Shown: one piece after another, positions 56,772-64,000 of the stretch
How positions within the stretch are numbered: the first letter of the stretch is position 1
How the letters are laid out: each line of letters starts with the position of its first letter
Source of the DNA: Eubacterium sp.
GTDB taxonomy: Bacteria > Bacillota > Clostridia > Lachnospirales > Lachnospiraceae
Direction of reading: 5' to 3'
DNA length: 64,000 nucleotides
NCBI GenBank assembly: GCA_024696635.1
Contig: JAILGP010000002.1
Coordinates: 1,276-65,275 of the forward strand
Translations under genes and position numbers: made by a program
The notes under the pieces: model-generated
What the model saw: only the letters and a program-made list of their open reading frames with translations
The model's database searches: none
Told to the model about the DNA's origin: nothing

Positions 56772-58364
56772 ATGAGAAGCTTTAGATTTACAGCAAAGAA
56801 TATAGGACATGAACGCTATCTCACATACATAATGGGTGAGGGCATGGACGTCGATGAGGATGTCCTTGACTATTGTGAGGAAAATGATATCCCTGAAATA
56901 ATGACAATTATTTATGAAGAGGATGATGATTTTGATTACCTCACATATGACGTGACAGGGCGTACTTCACTGGAAGATTATATTAAGAATGTAATGGGAA
57001 AAGAAAAGGTTCTTAATATTCTCAGAAATGTGGCTATGGGGATGATTAACATTAAGGAATATGCTATTCCTATGTCATATATTATTCTTAATAGATCCTT
57101 TATGTACATAGATCCTGATAATATGGCATTGAGATTCATGTATCTACCTGTTGAGGGTGATGCATCGGTATCTATGGAATTTAAGAGTTTCGCAAGACAG
57201 CTGATTGCCTCTATGAAGTTTGATGTTGAAGAGAATCTTTCCTATGTTGGTCAGCTTCTTACATACATAAATGGTGACAGCTTTAATCTTAGAGGTCTTA
57301 TAGGACTGACAGAGGCTTTGATGCAGGATTCCGGAATTGGATTTGGCGGAATGGCGGATATTAAGTCTGATGATGGATCTGAAATTGTAGACAGTATGGA
57401 TCCTTCTCTTGTTGCTTCTGAAGAAAAGAATGCCGCGGACTTTATGAGTGGACTTGAGGAAGTTGGTGATTCACTTCCTGAAATAGGTGGGGATGAAGAG
57501 GATGAAGCCCTGGAGGCAGCTGAGTCTGCTGCTGTGGATACGCCTGTTATAGATGAAGAAAAGGCTGAGAATGCGGCTGGTGATATGGAAGCTGATTCTT
57601 CGGAAGATATACCATCTGATTCTTCAGGAACCAAAGAGAAAGATAAGACTCAAGATGTAGCGACTGATATAAATACAGAACAGGTGGTTCCTTCTGGAAC
57701 AGATGCCCTCAAGTCGGATTCTGTAGACGATATAAAAGCGAGAATTTCAGAGATTGTTGGTGACAAGAGTATTAATCCTAAGAACAGTGGAGTTAGCATG
57801 TCTAAACCAGTCAGAGTTAACAAAGCGGCTGTTATGAAGGCAAGTGCTGAAATAAGTCATGAGGAGGAGGCGGCTGCTGCGGCTGCTGCGGCTGCTGCGG
57901 TAGATCAGGCGGTTGAAGCGATTTCTTCTGAATCTAGAAATTCCAAGGAAAAGAATAATGTGGTGACTGAATCTGCATCAGATGTAAAGAAAGAAAGTGC
58001 ACTTGCTCCTGCCAAAAAGGAAGCGGTCATTGACAATACAATTCTTGGAAATGCAGGAACGATAAAGATCAATCCTTATCTGATCAGGGTAAATACTGGT
58101 CAAAGGATAATGATTAACAAGCCTGTATTCAAAATTGGAAAGGCCAGCCGTGGGGTTGACTTCCATGTAAGTGGAAATGGAGCTGTTAGCAGACAACATG
58201 CGATAATCCTTCATAAGGGAGATTCGTATTATATTAAAGATAATAAATCAACCAATCATACATATGTAGATGGTAAAGAAATTGAACCGGATGTAGAAGT
58301 GCTTTTAAAAGACAATAGTGTTATAAGTCTTGGTGATGAAGACTTTACATTTAAGGTTGGATAA
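56772..58364 (+). CDS. FHA-domain protein with N-terminal DUF6382-like (kinase-like) domain and acidic linker
   Basis: C-terminal FKIGK...VSRQHA..IKDNKSTNHTYV FHA; N-terminal YDVTGRTSL..Y...ILNRSFMY; AGGAGG RBS. Confidence 0.85.
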   Translation: MRSFRFTAKNIGHERYLTYIMGEGMDVDEDVLDYCEENDIPEIMTIIYEEDDDFDYLTYDVTGRTSLEDYIKNVMGKEKVLNILRNVAMGMINIKEYAIPMSYIILNRSFMYIDPDNMALRFMYLPVEGDASVSMEFKSFARQLIASMKFDVEENLSYVGQLLTYINGDSFNLRGLIGLTEALMQDSGIGFGGMADIKSDDGSEIVDSMDPSLVASEEKNAADFMSGLEEVGDSLPEIGGDEEDEALEAAESAAVDTPVIDEEKAENAAGDMEADSSEDIPSDSSGTKEKDKTQDVATDINTEQVVPSGTDALKSDSVDDIKARISEIVGDKSINPKNSGVSMSKPVRVNKAAVMKASAEISHEEEAAAAAAAAAAVDQAVEAISSESRNSKEKNNVVTESASDVKKESALAPAKKEAVIDNTILGNAGTIKINPYLIRVNTGQRIMINKPVFKIGKASRGVDFHVSGNGAVSRQHAIILHKGDSYYIKDNKSTNHTYVDGKEIEPDVEVLLKDNSVISLGDEDFTFKVG

Positions 58365-58511
58365 GCAGAATAGTCAGTTCAGGGCGTGAAAACGTCCTGG
58401 ACTTTACGTGTTTATAATGGGATAGAAATTTTTTAACTAAAAAATATACAAGTTTAATCAAAATTTAGCAAGTTGATTCATCGTAAAATAAACCATGCGG
58501 GGGAGTGTAAT

Positions 58512-61373
58512 ATGGAGAAGAACAATGTAGTATTTGAGAATAATGGCAGAAACATAACTATGAAATATCAGCTTACACCTTCAGAGGCTTTAGATGATAT
58601 GGTACTGGATAGACTGAAAGCTAATTATTTAGAGGCGGTTGGTCCGGTTCAGTATAGCGAGAATGCAGGTGACAGGGTGATTTATTCTCATATTCCTGTT
58701 TCTGTATCTTTTGCGTCATTTGCAAGAAAAGCACTTACAAAAGCTCAGGTTCTAACTATTCTCAAGAATCTTATTTCTGGAATGGATATAGGAAAATTTG
58801 GTATTCCTGTAAGCTATATTCTCAAGGATAAAGACTGCATTTATATTGATGAAAATACACTCGGAATCTACTATTTTGTTGTTCCGGTAAAGGATAATGG
58901 TAAAGCAGGCGTTATTGATGTCAATGAAACTCAGGAGTTCTTTAGATCTCTTGTAGCAGGCCTGAAATTTGATGAGTCAGATAAAGATAACTATGTGGCA
59001 AGAATCTTGACTGCTATTAACTCTGATAGATTTTCAACTGGAGAGCTTAATATTCTTGTGAATGAAATGCTTGTTGACTTGGGAGATGAGCAACTGGCAT
59101 CTGTTAATCAATCAACAGCTAAGGTTGATAAGCTTGGTGTTATGAGAAATAGAACTGCAATGGGCCAGCCAATGCAGCAGGGAATGCCACAGGGTCCGAT
59201 GGGACAGCCAATGCCACAGGGCTCAATGGGACAGCCAATGCAGCAGGGACGCCCAATGAATCAGCCACAGGGAATGCCACAAGGCTCAATGGGCCAGCCG
59301 ATGCAGCAGGGACGCCCAATGAATCAGCCACAGGGAATGCCACAAGGCTCAATGGGACAGCCGATGCCACAGGGACGCCCAATGAATCAGCCACAGGGAA
59401 TGCCACAAGGTCCAATGGGACAGCCAATGCCACAGGGACGCCCAATGAATCAGCCACAGGGAATGCCACAAGGCCCAATGGGACAGCCAATGCCACAGGG
59501 ACGCCCGATGAATCAGCCACAGGGAATGCCACAAGGTCCAATGGGACAGCCAATTCAGCAGGGACGCCCGATGAATCAGCAGCAGGGAATGCCGCAAGGT
59601 CCAATGGGAATGCCACAAGGTTCAATGGGACAGCCACAGGGGCCAGCTAAAAGGTTTGATCCAATGACAGGAAAACCTATAGAGGAAAAACCTGAAGAAA
59701 AATTAGAGGAAAAGATAGAAAACAAAATAGAAGATAAAACAGAAGATAAAACAGAAGATAAAATAGCTGCTACTGCTGAAGAGATAAAGGCAGAGGAGCC
59801 AGCAGAAGAAGCAAAGGCAGAGGAGCCAGCAGAAGAGATAAAGGCAGAAGAGCCAGCAGAAGAAGCGAAGGCAGAAGAACCAGCAGAAGAAGCAAAGGCA
59901 GAGGAGCCAGCAGAAGAAGCAAAGGCAGAAGAATTAGTTGATAAAAAAGGAACAGAAGATACATCATCTGTTGAAAAAAATATAAATGGTCAGCTTCCTA
60001 ATGGACCTATGAGCACAGGGCATCCAATGGGACAGCCACAGGCGCCACGGGGACCGCAGGGAACGCCGATGGGTCAGCCTCAGGGACCAGCAAAGAAATT
60101 TGATCCAATGACTGGAAAGCCAATAGAAGAAAATAAGGTTCAGCCAGGACCAATGGGACCTATGGGAACAGGACATCCAATGGGACAGCCTCAGGGACCA
60201 CAGGGAATGCCAATGGGTCAGCCTCAGGGAATGCCGATGGGTCAGCCCCAGGGACCAGCAAAGAAATTTGATCCAATGACTGGAAAGCCAATAGAAGAAA
60301 ATAAGGTTCAGCCAGGACCAATGGGACCTATGAGCACAGGACATCCAATGGGACAGCCTCAGGGACCACAGGGAATGCCAATGGGACAGCCTCAGGCACC
60401 GCAAGGAATGCCACAGGGAATGCCAAAAGCACCACAGGGACCACAGGGACCAGCAAAGAAATTTGATCCAATGACTGGAAAGCCAATAGAAGAAAATAAA
60501 GTTCAGCCATGACCGATGGGACCTATGAGCACAGGACATCCAATGGGACAACCACAGGCACCACAGGGAATGCCAATGGGACAGCCTCAGGCACCGCAAG
60601 GAATGCCACAGGGAATGCCAAAAGCACCACAGGGACAACAGGGTCAGCCACAGGGACCAGCAAAGAAATTTGATCCAATGACTGGAAAGCCAATAGAAGA
60701 AAATAAAGTTCAGCCAGGACCAATGGGACCTATGAGCGCAGGACATCCAATGGGACAGCCACAGACACCGCAAGGAATGCCACAGGGAATGCCAAAAGCA
60801 CCACAGGGAATGCCACAGGGACCACAGGGAATGCCGCAGGGTCCAATAAAGAAATTTGATCCAATGACTGGCAAGGCTATAGAAGAAAATAAAGATCAGG
60901 ACATTGTGAAGGCTCCGGAAGCATCAAAGGATGCTGGAAAGGCGCCGGAAGATACAAATTCTCCTGAGAATTCAAAACAGGATGATATGTTCTCAATAGA
61001 TGATTTAATGAAAATGGGAGAAGAGGGCAGTGAATCAGATAATCCTGTTGTTGATGTTAAGAAACCTCGTCCTCATTTTGTCAGAGTAAAGACTGGGGAA
61101 AAGATTTTTATAGAAAAAGATGAGTTTAAGATAGGAAAATCTAAGCTTCATTCTGATTATGCTATAGAAAATAATTCAGCAATAAGCCGTGTACATGTAA
61201 TTATAATACGTAGAAATGGAATAAATTATCTGAAAGATAATGCTTCTACAAATGGAACATATGTTGAGGGCGAAAGACTTGAACCGGGAAGAGAAGTACT
61301 TCTTCGCGATAATATGCATATTAAGTTTGGAGATGAGGACTTTACATTTCTCCTTAGGGAAGGAAATAACTAA
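58512..61373 (+). pseudogene. DUF6382-like / Pro-Gln-Gly-Met repeat / FHA protein interrupted by one in-frame TGA at 60510-60512
   Basis: ORFs 58473-60512 and 60516-61373 are in the same frame; sister repeats have GGA at the TGA position; FHA motif FKIGK...ISRVH...LKDNASTNGT in the distal part. Confidence 0.75.
59160..60895 (+). repeat. Nested coding repeats: 60-bp QGRPMNQPQGMPQGPMGQPM, 27-bp AEEPAEEAK, and larger units containing KKFDPMTGKPIEE
   Basis: Read directly from sequence and translation. Confidence 0.9.
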
Positions 61374-61375
61374 TT

Positions 61376-62146
61376 ATGGAATACGCAGCAACTTATAATA
61401 CCGATATAGGTATAAGAAAGAGCACCAATCAGGATTCTGTGGCTCTTAGAATCATAGATACACCTGATGGAAAGGTAGCCTTTGGAATAGTATGTGATGG
61501 AATGGGTGGACTTGCTAAAGGTGAGCTTGCGTCTAAGGAAGTAATTACATCGTTTTGTAAATGGTTTGATGAAGAATTTACAAGTCAGGTAGTTGAAGGA
61601 ACATTTTCAGTACTTAGACTTAGAGATGAATGGAACAATATAATTCAGACTGAAAACAGGGTCCTTGGAATATATGGTTCTGATAATAATATAATGCTGG
61701 GAACTACTATATCAGCAATTCTTATGTATAAAGATGAATTCTATATAGTACATGTCGGTGATAGTCGTGTATATGAATTGCATGATTCGGTAAGAATACT
61801 TACTAAGGATCAGACCTTCGTAGCGAGAGAAATTGCTGCGGGAAGAATGACTCCTGAAGAGGCTAAAGTAGATCCTAGAAGAAGTGTACTTTTGCAGTGC
61901 GTGGGGGCGTCAGCAACAGTAACACCTGACTTTCTTAAAGGAAAGATTCAGAGAAATGCGGTATATTTTGTGTGTTCTGATGGTTTTAGACATCAAATAT
62001 CCAATGAGGAAATCATGGAAAAGATTGGGCCTAAGCATGCTTCCAATCTTGAGGAACTTAAGTATGGGTGTGTATATTTGACAGAACTTGTTAAAAATCG
62101 TAAGGAAACAGATAATATTACTATAGCAGCTATAAAAACAATGTAG
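61376..62146 (+). CDS. PP2C-family Ser/Thr phosphatase
   Basis: TDIGIRKSTNQD, VCDGMGG, HVGDSR, LTKDQT, CSDG, TDNIT. Confidence 0.93.
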   Translation: MEYAATYNTDIGIRKSTNQDSVALRIIDTPDGKVAFGIVCDGMGGLAKGELASKEVITSFCKWFDEEFTSQVVEGTFSVLRLRDEWNNIIQTENRVLGIYGSDNNIMLGTTISAILMYKDEFYIVHVGDSRVYELHDSVRILTKDQTFVAREIAAGRMTPEEAKVDPRRSVLLQCVGASATVTPDFLKGKIQRNAVYFVCSDGFRHQISNEEIMEKIGPKHASNLEELKYGCVYLTELVKNRKETDNITIAAIKTM

Positions 62147-62157
62147 AGGGGTACGCT

Positions 62158-64000
62158 ATGTTAAAAGAGGGCACAGTCCTGGATGAAAAATACGAGATAC
62201 TCAGAAAAATTGGCGAAGGCGGTATGTCTGTCGTATATCTGGCTCGTAATAACAGAATGAACATGCAGCTTGCTGTAAAGGAAATCAAGAATGATGGTTC
62301 CAAAGAGGTTGAAATACTTCTTAAGGGTCTTGAGCGAGAGGCAAATATACTGAAGGATGTGGATCATCCTGTTATACCAAGAATCATCGATATCGTAAAG
62401 CATGGTTCGACTATTTGCGTTGTCATGGACTTTGTAGAAGGAGAGAATCTTGCTGATAAGCTTAGAGAAGTCGGAGCATTTGCTCAAGAAGATGTAATTG
62501 AATGGGGTATTGAACTTGCATCTGCTCTTGAATATCTTCACTCTATGAATCCGCCAATCATATATAGAGATATGAAGCCTTCAAATGTAATGCTTAAGCC
62601 GGATGGAAGCGTGAAGTTGATCGACTTTGGTACAGCTAAAACCTATGATGTAGAGAACAATGCTGATACAACAGCGCTTGGTACAAGAGGTTATGCTGCA
62701 CCTGAGCAGTTCGGTGATGCCCAGGGTCGAGGCATTTACAAGACAGATGCTCGTACAGATATCTATAATTTAGGTGCTACACTTTACCATATGGTAACGG
62801 GAAAAAATCCTCAGGAACCTCCATACGAGATTCTTCCTATTAGAGAGGTGAATCCTGCACTTTCCACAGGACTGGAGCAGATTATCCTTAAGTGTACCAA
62901 ACCTAATCCTAATGAAAGATATCAATCCTGTTCAGAGCTTATTTATGCGCTTGAGCATTATACAGAGCTAGACGTAAGCTACATACAGTCAAACAGAAAA
63001 AAGGTCAGACTGTTTGCAACAACAGCTATTCTTGCGGTTGTATTTGCGGTTGTTTCTGTAGCTGGTAAAAGTGGTATGAACAGAATAGATGCTGAAAATT
63101 ATACTGCATATATTGAAGATGGAAATGATTATAAAACCGAGGGATCTTATGCTAAGGCTGCTGGTAAATACAAAGAAGCCTTTGAACTGAACGGAGAAGA
63201 TTCTGAGGCCTATGTAAAATATATAGATCTTTATATTGATGCTTCCAATGATATAGAATCTACAGAGGGCTTAAAGCTTGATGATGGACTTAATGTTGTT
63301 GCTAACCGTATCAAGAATGGATATGGCGATGTAGATAAGAATAGTGAAGTACTCTATAGAATGGGACTTGCATACTTTACAGAAGTAGGCGATTATAGTG
63401 CTGCAGCAAAGTACTTTAAGATGGTTGATCCAAGTGATGAAAGCTATGGAGAACTTGCTGATTATTATGGAAGTATAGCACTTATCCTTTCCAGTACAAA
63501 TGTAAATGTAAATGAACTTATTGGTAAGGTGAATGGTTTCGCTTCTTACAATTCCTCAAACCTCAGTAATGATAATAGACAGAAGTTTGAAAATTACAGT
63601 ACGGTTGGAAAAATATATGTTACCTATCTTGGAGTTGAAGGAGTTCCTGAGCAGGCAGAAACAGTTATGACTCAGGCTATTAAGGATCTTGACTCATATA
63701 CAGGTGCAGATGCTGCAGGATTCTACTATAATTATAGTAGTAATTTAGCTGAGATATATTATGCACTGGCGGAAAAAGATCAAAGCGAAGCTAATTATAA
63801 ACTTGCGCTTAATTATTATCAGGAAGTAATTGATCAAATACAGGGTACAGTAAAGGTTGATCAGGAACCAAGTAATGATACTATTAAGGCATATGTTCAA
63901 TCCTATGTTAATAATATGTGTCGAATGGCTGAAATATATAGCAAACTCAATGATTTCGACTCAGCAGTTGAAATATATGAGAAAGCAGAAGCTGATATGG
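62158..64000 (+). CDS. Hanks-type Ser/Thr protein kinase with TM and extracellular TPR-like region, 3'-truncated by the window (absent from the ORF track)
   Basis: ATG 62158: IGEGGMSVVYLA, AVKEI, YRDMKPSN, DFG, GTRGYAAPEQ, DIYNLG; TM FATTAILAVVFAVVSVAG; frame open to 64000. Confidence 0.93.
   Translation, partial: MLKEGTVLDEKYEILRKIGEGGMSVVYLARNNRMNMQLAVKEIKNDGSKEVEILLKGLEREANILKDVDHPVIPRIIDIVKHGSTICVVMDFVEGENLADKLREVGAFAQEDVIEWGIELASALEYLHSMNPPIIYRDMKPSNVMLKPDGSVKLIDFGTAKTYDVENNADTTALGTRGYAAPEQFGDAQGRGIYKTDARTDIYNLGATLYHMVTGKNPQEPPYEILPIREVNPALSTGLEQIILKCTKPNPNERYQSCSELIYALEHYTELDVSYIQSNRKKVRLFATTAILAVVFAVVSVAGKSGMNRIDAENYTAYIEDGNDYKTEGSYAKAAGKYKEAFELNGEDSEAYVKYIDLYIDASNDIESTEGLKLDDGLNVVANRIKNGYGDVDKNSEVLYRMGLAYFTEVGDYSAAAKYFKMVDPSDESYGELADYYGSIALILSSTNVNVNELIGKVNGFASYNSSNLSNDNRQKFENYSTVGKIYVTYLGVEGVPEQAETVMTQAIKDLDSYTGADAAGFYYNYSSNLAEIYYALAEKDQSEANYKLALNYYQEVIDQIQGTVKVDQEPSNDTIKAYVQSYVNNMCRMAEIYSKLNDFDSAVEIYEKAEADM

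Noticed and set aside
60510-60512. TGA recoded as Gly (genetic code 25) or Sec
   Set aside because: TGA ends complete conserved genes in this window (cobT 2295, cbiC 7466, ispD-like 55530). The aligned residue is Gly in a disordered repeat, not a catalytic Cys.
59140-60773. Antisense ORFs over the FHA-gene repeats
   Set aside because: Shadows of stop-poor repeats.
62161-62541. 126-aa minus-strand ORF in the track
   Set aside because: Antisense shadow of the Ser/Thr kinase gene, which the track omitted because it has no stop inside the window.

Overview
AT-rich chromosomal segment of an anaerobic Firmicute, probably Lachnospiraceae-like (inferred from gene content and cell-wall repeat types). 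In order: (1) the 3' part of an anaerobic cobalamin operon (cbiP/cobQ, cobT, cobU, cobS, cobC, cbiB, cobD, cbiC, cbiD, cbiF, cbiG, cbiH, a cbiJ-cbiE-cbiT fusion, cbiA, a Cys-rich small protein; 1-15.4 kb), many of whose genes carry short tandem-repeat insertions. (2) A LuxR-type regulator followed by an 11-gene operon for a split, urea-carboxylase-like biotin-dependent system with its own ABC importer and biotin ligase (17-27.4 kb). (3) T-box-thrS, a CotH protein, a repeat-rich membrane protein, hisS, proA, a MacAB-like exporter and a lone ACP. (4) A DtxR/MntR-family regulator with a divergent, operator-covered promoter that appears to drive a ~170-nt non-coding RNA. (5) An accessory block (43-50 kb): an operon of a hypothetical protein, an extra ClpP and a membrane-anchor-less VirD4-like ATPase, divergent from a 1199-aa unknown protein. 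It has no integrase, relaxase or other T4SS genes and is the best candidate for an undescribed system. (6) MATE, GH3, aminotransferase, IspD-like and MltG genes. (7) A phosphosignalling cluster of two FHA proteins, PP2C and a Ser/Thr kinase (truncated by the window); the second FHA gene is broken by one in-frame TGA. No rRNA, tRNA, CRISPR array or transposase was recognised. All family assignments come from motifs recognised by eye, not from database searches.
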